In this document: positions 22,671-36,155 of the stretch, piece after piece
Numbering within the stretch: the first letter of the stretch is position 1
Layout of the letters: the number at the start of each line of letters is the position of its first letter
Assembly: GCF_001194135.2 (NCBI RefSeq)
Contig: NC_068983.1
Location: 145,291,258-145,354,948 of the forward strand
Reading direction: 5' to 3'
DNA from: Octopus bimaculoides
Taxonomy: Eukaryota
DNA length: 63,691 bases
Position numbers and translations under genes: made by a program
The notes under the pieces: model-generated
Database searches by the model: none
What the model saw: the letters and a program-made list of their open reading frames with translations, nothing else
What the model was told of the DNA's origin: nothing

Positions 22671-24833
22671 CTAAGGAAAAGAGGGGAACATGATACTGAA
22701 ACTTACATAGAAACATGTTATAAATGGGTGACCAAAATGCATGTTAGTACATGTATTTTGGTTACCCATTATGAATCATTGCATTTCTCACAGCAAGAGT
22801 AGAAGGGAGTGCCTGTAACTTGACACAGGACAAATATTGCACAGGACTTCATTCAAAGAGCCCAGTTTTTGGAAGTTTCTTTCACATCAGTGAAAGATAC
22901 ATCAATGCAATTCCACAGTTTTTGTCTATGAAAGTTCATTCATTAAAAGTATTCGTTTTTACCTAGTGTTACAGTAAAATATACTTGCTGTTCACAGAGC
23001 CACACTGTGGGATCAAATCCAGAGCCCCAGAGCTGGGAAGCAAGCTGTTGAACCATACAATCGTCATAAGTCCCCACTCACCCTTTTAATGGCTCATTCA
23101 GAGGAGGAAAGACAACACACCTAACACTTTCTCAATGTCTCAAAGACTGGTGAGAAAAAGATAAGAAGCCATCCTCCAGCTTGGCCTGAATCCGAACAAT
23201 AGAGTAATTCTCTGCTGAAGGTGGTGATGTTAAACTAAGTGATGGATTAAATATCAGAATTTAATTACATCAATACTCTGCACAATCTAACCTCTCAGCA
23301 TGATTCTATTCCGTAGATTTTTTTTACAGTTTGTTCATCATCCATCACATTCAATGAGAACTTCTATCAGTATCAAGTGAATCTAAATAATGTTTTGAAT
23401 GCAGAGACTACTGCAAGCATGGAACATTCTTCAGTAGTGTAAATCAAGACGACTGGCACCACACAAGAATGTTAGTAACAGATTTCTGTTACCTTTGTTC
23501 TGCTGCTGCTAAATCTTTGTCAAGAAACGACAGTACAATATCAAGAATTTTATTCCTAACTATCAAGATTGACATCAAAAACTTACAACAAGATCTTCAA
23601 GAAGTCCGAAAAACATCTACTCAAATAGCGTCTCACCTTATGTCCGTACAAGCAGAGTTGTCTCCCTTGCAATCATTTCCGCCAATAACAGTAAAAGAGA
23701 ACGACTAACTATTGTCACGAACCAAATGGAGAAAATATATACTTTCCCTATCAGATGGAAGTTATTACTATCAAATTCCGTTTGAGAAATAATCTTATGT
23801 TTTATCCAACTTTTCAAGTCATTAATTAGATCGAATCTGGAAATAAATAGGCATATAGATCTGCTAATGCAATTGATTACACTGGTCAACAAAATTAAAT
23901 GTACTATACTCATTATGAATGCAAATCAACCTTTTTAGACTAATTTTTCATGCTGATTTCATATTTCACTCCATTTGTATGCAGCACGTATCAGTTTTCC
24001 AGTAGATACATGCAAATATTTACATATTTGTATATATGAAATCATTAACGTAATAAATAAGGACAAATAATTTTTAGAAAAGTAAACGAGTTTATTGAGT
24101 TGAAAATCATCTCTATCATTCTACAAAGAGTGAATACACAAAAAAAGTAATTAATGGAACAATATAATCTAAATAATGACAGAAAGTGGATGAGATGCTT
24201 CACTACTGCTTAGAGTTCACAAAATGTTGCCAAGAGAAAGAAGTTTCCTTTTCTTCACAGCAAAATAATTTATTTTACTTAACGATCTCTACATAATTTA
24301 TTATTGGCCAATACTGAAAAATCATTAGTTTCTCTGGATTCTATAGTTTCACTAGTTACACAGAGTTAGGATAAAATCTCAGAAATAGTCACACAGTTTT
24401 AATAAGACCCCAATACTGTATTAATAAGACATCCCCCACTTGATACTAAGTATATACAGTTGAAATGACATCCCACTACAAACAACATAGCTGAAGATAT
24501 GATAGATAAGAAAGAAGAACTAGTTACTATTTAAGTAATAGCTACATCTGGTTGTAATAAAAAAAAAAAACTACTGAGTTGAGCTCAAAAACCCAGCTTG
24601 AATCCTTGCTCAAAACCATTACATATCACTTAGGATTTATGTCTACAAGTCTAATCAAACTTTAAAGCTTAAATAAGTATAAACTCTGCAAAGGTGCCTG
24701 GAGAAAAAGGTTTTTGTGAAACTTCAAAATACTGCTGTAATTACAGAAGATTGTCATACATCTAACTAATACTTGGAATTTTAGTAATTAATTTTTATGA
24801 AATATTTATGCCAAATAAATGCATAAATCTTAC

Positions 24834-24907
24834 CTGTATCCAACTGCAGAATAGTTCTCTCTGACATGGTAATCTTACCCATTTGACTGTTACTTGAAGT
24901 ACGGATA
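24834..24907 (-). CDS. SERINC: SERINC exon 10 (SIRTSSNSQMGKITMSERTILQLDT)
   Basis: CTTTCAG acceptor, CAG|GTAAGA donor, 74 nt. SIRTS.NSQ motif begins the large cytoplasmic loop. Confidence 0.94.
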
Positions 24908-25621
24908 CTGAAAGACAAATTAAGATTACATTTTACCATCATAATAATCAATATCTGTAACTATTAATTCAATTTAAACCTAATATCAACTAAATAATCT
25001 CACAAAAATAAAGAAGCTTATTCCTCAATATTGCCATTAAAACTAATTACCTTTCCATCACCCTATTAAAACCAATTCATTTCCCATCACCCTATTTGCT
25101 TTTATTGTTCTTTTTATATTACATTATTTTGTTGTTATTTTACATCCATTTATCCATGTTAGCTTTTTCAAATTTAGATATTTGCATTGTACTACAAAGT
25201 AGTCATCATCATCATCATCATCATGAAGCAGACATACTTCTTTGACCAGAGATATCACAAAATGTGTACAATTAAAACAACTCTTGCTCATCACTAGTCA
25301 AGCATCTTACATTATCCCATTGGAACAGGAAATATTTCCAAGAACATTATATCACACATATTTCATTGTAAAGAACACAACTCATGATTTTAATGAAGAC
25401 AGTATTTTAGGAAGCTAAACTTTAAATCTTCCTCAAATCTCTAAGACATCACTAAGGATTTATATTCAGCTATCACTGCATTCAGTTGGGACAGGTATCT
25501 GTTTATTCCAAGTGAAGCTGACAGGGTTATAAAAAAGTAAGGTATGTGAAACATATAGATGAAAATTTGCAGACAAAAAGAAACATGAAATAATGAGAGG
25601 AGAAAATTAAATAAATGTCAC

Positions 25622-25745
25622 CTTGAATAGAGAACTGCAAAGAGCCACAGAAGCAAAGCAATAATACTCTGCCAATCGAATATACCTAGTTTGGCAAAGT
25701 CTCCTTGTTCATTGGGACATTTCTCTTGTGGATTGCAGGCACAAT
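25622..25745 (-). CDS. SERINC: SERINC exon 9 (DCACNPQEKCPNEQGDFAKLGIFDWQSIIALLLWLFAVLYS)
   Basis: TTTTATAG acceptor, GTGACA donor, 124 nt. C.P loop followed by a D..SI..L TM segment. Confidence 0.93.
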
Positions 25746-27558
25746 CTATAAAAGAAACAAATAAATATCCACGTCAATTTCAGCAACTATAAGTGATAAG
25801 ATATCTAAGGGAGTTAAATCATTTTCGACGATCAAGTATATATTTCAAGGAATTTTTTCCCTTCCAAATGTATAAAATTACATTACAAATACGGAATGAA
25901 AACACGGGTTAAATAGTGCAAGTAGAAAAAAAAAATTACATATAAGTTAAATGTTTATATCTACAAAGAAGTTTTATTAAATGGTTATCTACTAGGTGTC
26001 ATTATTTTATATCCTAAGGCTGGTAGAATTGTTAGAGCATTGGGAAAAAAAGCGCTGTGTAGTATTTCTTTCAATTCATAACCTTCTGAGTTCAAATTCC
26101 ATCAAAGTTGACTTTACCTTTCAGGGTCAATAAGATAAATGCCTGTTGAACAATGGAGTCGATATAATTTACTATTCTCCCTCACCTAAAATTGTTGGCC
26201 TTGCGCCAAAATTTGAAACCATTATTCAAATATTCAGATTCTACAAGAATGACTTCAATAGCTGAACCTTTCAGGCAAGCAGACAAAGGACTGAGATATT
26301 TGGTACCCCACAACGGAAGTGTTAAGGCCAATCCTTCAAGTGGTGTAAAGCACTCGTGGTGGTGCCATGTAAAAGCGCCCATGCAGTGCCACGTAAACGA
26401 CCCAGCACTCTCTGTAAAATGGTTGGCATTAGGAAGGGCATCCAGCTGTAGAAACCATGCCAAATCAGATTGGAGTTTGGTGCAGCTCCACAGCTTTGGT
26501 CACACCATCCAACCCATGCCAGCATGGACAACAGATGCTAAATGATGATGGGATAGTCACACTGCATCCCTGCCTGTCTCTCAGCTAAGAGACAATTGTA
26601 TATGAAACATCAATGTTACTTTGTACATATTTCAATGATATATAACAGATTTGCCCAAACAAAGCTAACTGTGACTACAAAACAACTTCTAACTTGAATA
26701 AATTTGGAAAAAAAATTGGCCACAATTGAGTGAATCAACCTAGTATCTAAAAGTAGTCATTTCATAAATTCTAAAGCAATGAAAGGGAAAGTCAATATAT
26801 TTAAAATTTAATTTGGAATGTTAAGGGCTAAAAAACCAAATATTCTACCATTTCTGCCACATTAACACCTTAGTAACAAGAAAGATAGTGAGAGCCTTTA
26901 CATGGTTGCTCAGCCTGCTAGAAATAACAGCAAGTTTCTTTCAAATTGTACACTAGTACAACCAGCTATCACTCAAAAGTAAATTTAGCTTGGTATCATG
27001 TACCATAATTTTGCTAATTGCTTTAATTTTAATAACCATGAGCCATATTTTAAAAAACAGACATGTTAGACACTCCAAATACACTATATCTGGAGGGAAA
27101 TAGATGGTCATAGCCACAATGTCTTTGGTTATATCTTACTTAATCCCTTCGCTCCCTGTGGAACATAGATCATTGACGATTTTTCTCCACTGTTCTCAAC
27201 ATTGTGCTGTTCAGTTTTGAATTGTCATCCATGCTTCTGTAACTGCTTTTTTTCTAGATAGGGGTGTTGGCCCTACACAAACTCATTTTTATTTCTGGGA
27301 AAAGGTGGCTCATATTAATCTGGCATCTAACCATTGACTTGTCCAGCAGGGAAGTCTGCAACATGAATTGGACCTGGTTCTTCAGGTTAAATCTAAAATA
27401 AACTAGACCTATATAAACAAACCACTAAAAGGTAACAACAATAATCAAAATTAATAAATCTGTCTATATTAGAGAAGTAAGACGACAAATTTGTGGGGAG
27501 CCAAAGCAGTTGGTTGAATGAGTAAATTATGAACAAGAAAACTGAAAGGTAAGTTTAC

Positions 27559-27645
27559 CTGGATTGTTGGTCATGGCCGACCAAGTCAAATACATGGAGT
27601 AAAACGTGATGATTGATGCCTGAAGGAGACCAGATCTTGGTTGGA
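27559..27645 (-). CDS. SERINC: SERINC exon 8 ([29 protein letters not shown])
   Basis: TTTTCAG acceptor, GTAAAC donor, 87 nt. Hallmark QPRSGLLQ and MYLTWSAM motifs. Confidence 0.97.
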
Positions 27646-27896
27646 CTGAAAATAATTGAGAAAGTATTAGCAATGCAGAATTTTAATGAAAGGTCTTTAT
27701 CAAGCAAGACATATTATAACCAAATAGAAGCAAAGTGTAACATTTATAATCCTGTCTCTACTCATCACACACGAACTCTCTACCTGGACTCTACCTTTTT
27801 TCATTCTGGACTATTTATTCTGGACTTTTTTTTATTCTGAACTTTGCACTCTCCGGCTGCACCTCTCCTGCCCACGGATTACGCTGTACCTATCTA

Positions 27897-27938
<42 letters not shown>

Positions 27939-28914
27939 CACACACATACACAGATTGCAACAAATGGCAAGATACTCCACTGGAATAGAGCCATCCAACC
28001 CATACAGTATGGAAAATTCAGATACAAAATGAAGATTATACTGCATGCACTAGTAGCAAGTACCCAGTATTACCTAGATTCATAAATTACATAATCAAGA
28101 AATACTTTAATCTCTCACCACCTGAAATCTAATCCCAATAAGATCTGTACAGTGTGTGAAGAAATATTTCACAAGAAACAATGTTGAAAAAGCAAATTGA
28201 TCAAAAAAAAAAAAAACAGTTAAAATCAAGGAATTGAGATGATGAACAGGTGAAAATATTAAAAACATGAAATAATATCACAGTCATCATCATCATCACT
28301 AATATTTTGCATTTGTTTCATCTTATTGTATGGGTTGGGCAGTATATCAAAAATAAATACAAGCAGTTTCAAATGTAGAGCTGCATTTAAAATACTTAGA
28401 TCAAGACAAACTATTTTAAATGTTTGGTGTCAAGATACATTCAAAAACAAAATTTCAGCTATGGATGTTCAACTGGTGGAAACAAGACACAGATGGATGT
28501 TATTTCATTTCTAAGATTAAATAAGTCTTTTTAATTCCATCAGAATTTTTCTTTTATACTTCTGTGTATCTATGAGAAACTATTTGAGTCATCAATTGAT
28601 CCAAAAGCAGTCTGATTGATAATAGAATAGCACTGAATCTGACAAGATCCAACTTGAATAAAATTACAAAACTTCATATCTTCTATGTTCAGATTTAACT
28701 CAAATACTCTCTGGTTCATTTTATGCCTGTTATTCTGTGCTAGCATGGGTTATATGAATGTTATAGAAGCACTATTTTATAGGCAGATGCCCTTCCTGAT
28801 GCTAATGTTTGTTTTTCCAGCATGGGATCTCTTATTCCATACAGCTTCAAAAGCACAAAGCAGGCTGGCAATCCATTACATAAGGAGAAATGCCAAGAGA
28901 ACACCACACATACT

Positions 28915-29303
28915 CTCTTTTACTCTTTTACTTGTTTCAGTCATTTGACTGTGGCCATGCTGGAGCACTGCCTTTAGTCGAGCTAATCGACCCCAGGACT
29001 TATTCTTTGTAAGCCTAGTACTTATTCTATCGGTCTCTCTTTGCCGAACCACTAAGTGACGGGGACGTAAACACACCAGCATCAGTTGTCAAGCAATGCT
29101 GGGGGGGGGGGACACAAACACACACACACATATATATATATACGACGGGCTTCTTTCAGTTTCCGTCTACCAAATCCACTCACAAGGCTTTGGTCAGCCC
29201 GAGGCTATAGTAGAAGACACTTTCCAAAGGTGCCACGCAGTGGGACTGAACCCGGAACCATGTGGTCTTCAGCAAGCTACTTACCACACAGCCACTCCTG
29301 CAC
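28915..29303 (-). mobile_element. tRNA-derived SINE (abundant octopus-type family), near full length
   Basis: Minus-strand head GCAGGAGTGGCTGTGTGGTAAG...CGGGTTCAGTCC with A/B boxes, internal (TA/TG)n, 3' end GACTGAAACAAGTAAAAGA. Exact family name not assigned. Confidence 0.85.
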
Positions 29304-30556
29304 CATGTTGTGATTTTTTTTAATAAGTGAGTGACAAATATAAACAAACATACACACACAAAAGGCTACACAATAGAAGGCATGTACCACAAATAGGACA
29401 AGTGTTTTCCACCAGAGACTCAGGTGAGTGAAATAAAGTAAACAGAAACTGTGCGGAAGATCATCAGTTGGACTGAAGTATCTCATCATTCATCATTCAT
29501 AATCTAAATGGTACCTGTAACTCAAAGAACCAGGTTTGTCACATACTGTGCTGTGTTGATGCTTCCTGAGGAGTAGAAACAATGTACAAATGTCTGAGGG
29601 ATACTCAGCCACACACACACACACACACACACAATATTTCAATGAGTTGGCAGTTCAGAAGATCAAATAACTGAAATACTAACCATTGAAACTTGAATAT
29701 ACATATGCATATTGACGTATATATTTACCATGAGCATACCAGTTTTAAAATAGATACAGCATATACATGCATGTCATAAGAGGTACCTAATAGGGTTGGC
29801 AACATGAAGGGCATCCACTGACTCAGAAAACCCCTCCAACCCAGTGGGCATTAAATGATGATCAATATTTGAGTGTACGTGTGTGTAAAAAAGTATTCAA
29901 CCATGAATTCTCCTAATTCATTTAGAATGTCCTCCCCATGTGTATGACAGACCACAGACACTTGGTAGCATCTACCAGTATATTAATTTTTTTTTTAAAT
30001 TACATATTGCAATTCTTATCAATTCTCCTGCATATCAACTTCTTAGATTAGCTTCAATTATACACATATCTTGAAGTAGCAGCTCTTAAGTATCTTCTGC
30101 AACCTCAAACAGTAGCTCTCGACTATCTTTGTTTTATATTCTTCATATGATCCACTATCTGATTAAGTTGTCCCAATTTGTTTTTTTTTTTTTTTTTTTT
30201 TTTTTTGATATTCATTTTGTATCACAGCTGTGACACAATCTCAGCTGTGACACAAAACAAATTATCAACAAGAAAAAAACAAATCAGAGCAATTTAAAAG
30301 CACAACACAATTACTGGCATATAGAGCTGGATGAAGAGAATTCTAAACTGGGTACAATGAATACTGTTTTAATTTCATTAAAAGCAAAGACAAAGATCCC
30401 CATTATGAAACTGTTCGGTTATGTCTTGTTTTATAATGAAAAATGTAATAGTCCTTAGCTCCGCTTGAATTTTAATATGCGAGATAACTTGATTTTAACA
30501 CAGATGATGATGATGATGATGATGACGACAAAGGTAAAAAAGATGAAGAGACCAAC

Positions 30557-30653
30557 CTTCTTGTACTTTTGGTAAGACAGAAATAATGGACACAATAATG
30601 CAAAGAATCAAATTGAAGCTGATAAAGAATTTATGGGCAACACATTGTGAATC
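30557..30653 (-). CDS. SERINC: SERINC exon 7 (DSQCVAHKFFISFNLILCIIVSIISVLPKVQE)
   Basis: CTCCAG acceptor, GTTGGT donor, 97 nt. KFFISFNLILC and LPKVQE motifs. Confidence 0.96.
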
Positions 30654-31189
30654 CTGGAGGGAGAAACAAAAAACACAAACATTATTTTACTAATAAAACC
30701 AAAAAGATAAAATGTAATAGTTCAGAGTATATCAACAGTAATACTTTTCCATATTTAAAAGAAAATGGTTAAGAAAACCTTTATGTCATAGTGTAACTTG
30801 ATAGAAGCACTTCACGACTTAGTGAGCCGAGCCCCCAAAATGCTAATGAATTCCTTTTGAGTTACACTGCTTGTAAATTTAAGTTTACCCAACTGTTAAG
30901 ATCATCATTTGTGTTTTTAGCTTTTAAACTGGTTCAAATTCAAGAGGATTTGTTTTCAAAATACTTTACATATACTTATTAATTAGAGAAAAGACAGTAC
31001 ACATGGACCCAGAAGAGAGTGTCAAACCAGAGAAACCATCCCCAAAATGGAACATACAAGACACAACTAGACATGGTCCCAACACAACTAAGAGGGTAGA
31101 ATTTCCAAATATATGACTTGAATCATAATCCACACCATCATAAAAGTAATGATGACAATATAAGACAGATGTGCATGTGTGTGTATATA

Positions 31190-31910
31190 GCACAACCTTC
31201 GAACATTGGGCCTTACCAAGGCAATGACTAGTGACTGGGACCTTTGGAGATATGCTGTGCTTGAGAAGACCCAACAAGTGAGACCATAGCCCATGGCTTA
31301 TACCAGTGGGTGTAACCAGCCCAGTTATGAATACCCCTCATTCATTGGACAATAAACCTTGCTTGTGATGACCTATTGAGGCAAGTGAAATCAAAATCAA
31401 AATTGCTGACATGGCCGATGACAGTACCGCCTGATTGGCAATCATGCGAGTGGAACGTTAAAAGCACATCTGAACATGGGGTGTAACCGGTCCACTTATG
31501 AGTACCCTTCATTCTATGGACAATGAACTTTGCTTGTAAAGACCTATTGAGGCTAGTGTAAACAAAATCACCATTCGAGCGTGATCGTTGCCAGCGTCGC
31601 TTTACTGGCACATGAAAAACGACATTCGAGCATGGTCGTTGCCAGTGCCGCTGAACTGGCTCCCATGCAGGTAGCACATAAAAATACCTTTGGAGCGTGG
31701 TCGTTGCCAGAACCCCCTGACTGGCCCTCGTGCCAGTGGCACATACAAGCACCTACTAGACTCTTGGAGTGGTTGGCGTTAGGAAGAGCATCCAGCTGTA
31801 GAAACATTGCCAGATCAAATTGAGCCTGGTGCAGCCTCTGGCTCACCAGTCCTCAGTCAAACTGTCCAACCCATGCCAGCATGGAAAGTGGACGTAAAAC
31901 GATGATGATG
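31190..31910 (+). mobile_element. RTE LINE 3' end (LRTLGLT.AMT.D.DLWRYAV.EKT, 3' UTR, (GAT)n tail)
   Basis: Matches 18990-19090 and the tail seen in other copies. Confidence 0.8.
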
Positions 31911-32036
31911 ACATAAACACACATCACTGCATCAACCAGACTATTGAGTGTCATTATCCACTACTGGTCACAATATGCTTCCTCACATTGTCATAGCTTT
32001 CAAATGGTATCACCCCACTGGCCTGGCAAGCAGGAA

Positions 32037-32073
<37 letters not shown>

Positions 32074-32533
32074 CCTAAAAAGCTATAACTGATGGGTCAA
32101 ATGTCTCATCCAAATTCACTTATCAAACTGAATAAAATGAAGACATCAAAGTTATACACAACAAAAAGTAAATTCAAATATTCTGGATCTATCTCAAAAA
32201 TACCATTTCAGTCACAAAACAAACCGAGTTGTCCTCAGTAGGATTTGAACTCACAGTAATGAGAGTCAGAACAAATACCATAAGGCATTCTATCCACCAC
32301 TCGAAAGATTCTGCCAATTCACTAACTAATTGACCAAATCATTATCAACTAATTAATTGAATCATTGTTGCACCATATCAACTAATTAACAGAATCATTA
32401 TCAATCAATTAACTGAATCATTGCACAATATCAACTAATTAACTGAATTGTTAAAGTGAACTCATTTCACTAACTATAGATCAATTTGTGCTATTTTTCT
32501 TTTTATAAACTTCATATAAAATAATTTACTGAC

Positions 32534-32610
32534 CGCAGCATAGAAGATGTAGAAGAGTACCACAGCCGCAAGGGAGAGTATGTAAAAGAGTGCAGTAAAG
32601 AACAACAATC
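32534..32610 (-). CDS. SERINC: SERINC exon 6 (GLLFFTALFYILSLAAVVLFYIFYAA)
   Basis: Pyrimidine tract plus TACAG acceptor, GTCAGT donor, 77 nt. Hydrophobic TM segment, phase compatible with both neighbours. Confidence 0.93.
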
Positions 32611-33035
32611 CTGTAATAAAGAGAGAGGAAAACAATGAGATACAGTAAACAGAAAACATGAGATACAGTAAACAGAAAACATGAGATACAGTAAATAGTA
32701 TATAGTATATAGTAATATACAGTGATGATTAAATATGAATCAATTAAGAAATTTACAGTAGATTATTAAAACATATACTGGCATTTCAGTAAATTACTTA
32801 TAAATTTTAAGACAAGAATGCTGGTTGGCTGATCATTTATTCAAACCAGCCTATTGAAGCAACATTACCCCTAATAAAACTAATGAGTTCAAATGTTTCA
32901 TAGCACATTATTATATCAATTTATGTATGCTAAACTGTTCCATTTTCTACTGTGATCATAACTTTAGATTGGTTTATTGTTTTACAAAATTGCTAATAAA
33001 AAGTACAAAAAATGATAATAAAATGTTTGTCATAC

Positions 33036-33173
33036 CAAAGTAATAGCATTTGGACTCTGTTTCTTCATATTTTTCAACCCAGCTCTCATTCCAGCCATGA
33101 GCAAAGTCTACCAAAAGGATCAGTTGTATCAGGATGAAGAGCAAACCTCCAGCCATACCAATTCCCATCCAAG
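33036..33173 (-). CDS. SERINC: SERINC exon 5 ([46 protein letters not shown])
   Basis: GACAG acceptor, GTATGA donor, 138 nt. Hallmark FILIQL.LL.DFAH.WNE.W motif. Confidence 0.97.
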
Positions 33174-33473
33174 CTGTCAAAACAAGATTGTAAGAATAAG
33201 AAATTACTCTTTCCCTTTTTAACAGAAAGTCTAGGTGTATGCATGGTTGTATTTCAGAAGTTCATTTCCTAACCTTATTTTCAACTAGATGAGGGTTGAT
33301 GACAGAAAAGACATCCTGCCAAAGAAAATCTGCCTCAATGAATTTCATCTGACCCATGCCAACAAGGAAAATGAAAGTTAAGACTATGAAGGTTATGATG
33401 ATAAAAGCAAATTTAGGCTAAACATTGCACCAAGAAGAGGATTCAAGTTAATATCTAGAAAAAAACAACTTAC

Positions 33474-33553
33474 CCTGACCAAAGGCCCCACGAGGAATGA
33501 AAAAAGCAGCAATTACAAGTCCAATCAAGATAAGGAATTTGAAGAACCAAAAC
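33474..33553 (-). CDS. SERINC: SERINC exon 4 (FWFFKFLILIGLVIAAFFIPRGAFGQ)
   Basis: TTTCCAG acceptor, GTAAGT donor, 80 nt. Completes the NGFW..K and AFFIP motifs. Confidence 0.96.
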
Positions 33554-34035
33554 CTGGAAAGCAAAAAAAAGTCAATATATTAATCATTTGTATGAATACT
33601 GACTCACACAAAATATGAGTTTCTACATCAGAACATGCATATATCATGCTACACACAGAATGTCAACTCTCATCAGCAGCCATTCTGGGATGCCATCTCT
33701 ATGGATTTTAGTGAATTACAATGACCCCCACCAATACCTTGTCTTGTACTAAGTTTATCAATCTTGTAGTGGCCAAATATCATAGTCTGCCTTGGTCGAA
33801 AGGAATGCACTTCAGATGGAAGTAGATACCACTTTTTAGTATTTTTCTTCACTCAGCAATTTTATTGAACCATCCTTGTCAAATACACACCCACGTGTGT
33901 GTGTGTGTGTGTGTGTGTGTGGTTACTGATGACCTGACTGTAGAAAATTTGCCTCAACAAATTCCATCTAACTCATATAATCATGGAAAAATGGATGTTA
34001 AACAATGATGATATATACATACATACATACATACA

Positions 34036-34066
<31 letters not shown>

Positions 34067-34814
34067 GCCACACACAAAAACTATCTTCCTGGTTAACCTT
34101 CTTTTGATATTGCTGCACCTTTTATGTGTCCATAGCTTACACCAGGTACATCGTATGGAGTTTCTACCCATGCCTTTTCCACAGATTGAGCAGGTTGATA
34201 GTTTAAAAATATAGATTTAAGCACAAGCATGGCAGGATGGTGAAGAAGTTCAGTTTACAAACATATATTTTCAACACAGGCTTTCTGACAAAACACTTGT
34301 TCAAGGTGTCGTTCATCTGAATCAAACCTAGAACCAAGAGGTTACAATGTCAATTTCTTAGCCAAACAGCCATACCTGCATCTAGTTAGTATATTCCAGT
34401 ACAAACTAGATAACTTCATTACCTCCATCAGCTGAAACCTTACTAAAGTCACCTTAATGTACAATATCCCTCAGCACATTACTGCTTACTTTAATGAGCA
34501 CAATTGCTCTTACCACCACCATTTTATAATTCCATTATTTAACTGCAACAACCTATTCATAGTAAGGTCACCTGAAGTATCATTATAGTTATTTAGCCTG
34601 CCTTAGAATCACAATGGAATGACTGGTATTGTGCCACCTACATTCAAGCCTGCCTCACACATTTTTCCATTGGATATCAATATTAAAATACCATCTCAAA
34701 AAAATATGCAAACATTTCAAACATAAATATTATACAAATAAATAGGATACAAGAATTGGCAATTAACAAAAATTATACTTTAAAAAAATAAAAACCTAAA
34801 TTGCTGCATCTTAC

Positions 34815-35008
34815 CCATTTTGTATTCCAGATCTCGGATCACGTGATGACTTTACATTTATCATAATAATGCTGAACAGGAAAAAAAATGCAGTTGTTGC
34901 AAAGCAAACTCTATAGACAGACAAATAGCCAACAACTTCATCACAAAACACTGTTCTGTTGGTTTGAGGCAATGAGGGACCAAAGAAGTTATTACAAAGC
35001 CCTGGTAT
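34815..35008 (-). CDS. SERINC: SERINC exon 3 (IPGLCNNFFGPSLPQTNRTVFCDEVVGYLSVYRVCFATTAFFFLFSIIMINVKSSRDPRSGIQNG)
   Basis: TTTCCAG acceptor, GTAAGA donor, 194 nt. Conserved VGY.AVYR.CF and VKSS.DPR..IQNG motifs. Confidence 0.97.
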
Positions 35009-35990
35009 CTGGAAATATGAAATAAAAACATTAAAAAAATATAATAATACAATCAGTGAAATATTAAATCAATTAAAATATATCTAACTTTCTCACAACT
35101 ACTCTGTCTCTGTGTATGTTTATGGGGACACACACCAACACATGTACAGTTTCTCACTTAACACACATTACCTCTAAATTTTGTTTACCTAAAATTGTCC
35201 AGTTCTTCCATAATAATTCACTCAGACTTCCTTCTACCTGCCTACTTTTCTGTTGGACACAATATCCACAGTCAATTGAATTCTCAGTGCTATCCTAATG
35301 AATATCATGTCTTTCGTTGTCAGAAGCTAAGATATATTTCGTTAATTTGCTACATTCATTCATTTCTCTATTGTTTGCTTAATGTAATATTCTACCTCTT
35401 GGTCGATATGTTCTCTCTCACTCTCGCTCTCTCTTTTCTCTTTTTGGATACTTGGATTTTAACCACTGTACAAAGCTTAAAGTGTTAGCTTGCCCATAAA
35501 GCATTCATCCCACCACAAAATACCAGAAATATATTCTGATTTACTCTCCTCATAAGTAACCAGCCTTCAACCTTCCTCTGAGTTCCATTGTCTTACTTTG
35601 TATTATATACATATCTTGTAACCAGTACTACTACCCCTCCTCTCTCTCCTATATCAAGCAGCTGAGGTTACAAATCCATCAAAACTTCTACTACCACCAT
35701 CACCACCAATTCTTATTTAGGCACAAAATTGACAATTTTGAGAGGGATAGGACAGTTGGTTACATTAACCTCAAAATTACATGATTGTAATAATGAATGG
35801 CAAAGTTAATTTCTAAATGACATAACAAGGTATCACTTGATAATTACATTTCTCAGAAGCATCTCAGTTTTGTCAACGAAGAAGCAGATGTAAGCATTAT
35901 TTAAAGTTAACTTTAAAAAACAATTCACAAAAAAAATAAAATGGGATTAAATGATTGGCACCAGACGGATTTAACATGAAATAGACTTAC

Positions 35991-36155
35991 CTTGCCAAGT
36001 TCTGTTCGTAAGTTTGGTATAAGCATAATGCTTGCAACAATTGTACTGAATAAGAGCATGAGTGCATAGCCAATCCGACTTGCAGTAGAACTTTTGCAAG
36101 ATGGGCATGCTGAACAACAAAGGGAACACGCAGCACTGCCACAACAACAGGCTAA
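35991..36155 (-). CDS. SERINC: SERINC exon 2 (LACCCGSAACSLCCSACPSCKSSTASRIGYALMLLFSTIVASIMLIPNLRTELGK)
   Basis: TTTTCAG acceptor, AAG|GTAAGT donor, 165 nt. Cys-rich N-terminus and TM1 typical of SERINC/TMS1. Confidence 0.97.

Noticed and set aside
23469-23913. ORFs with an IKNLQQDL motif
   Set aside because: No recognisable domain or splice structure; at most a decayed LINE trace.
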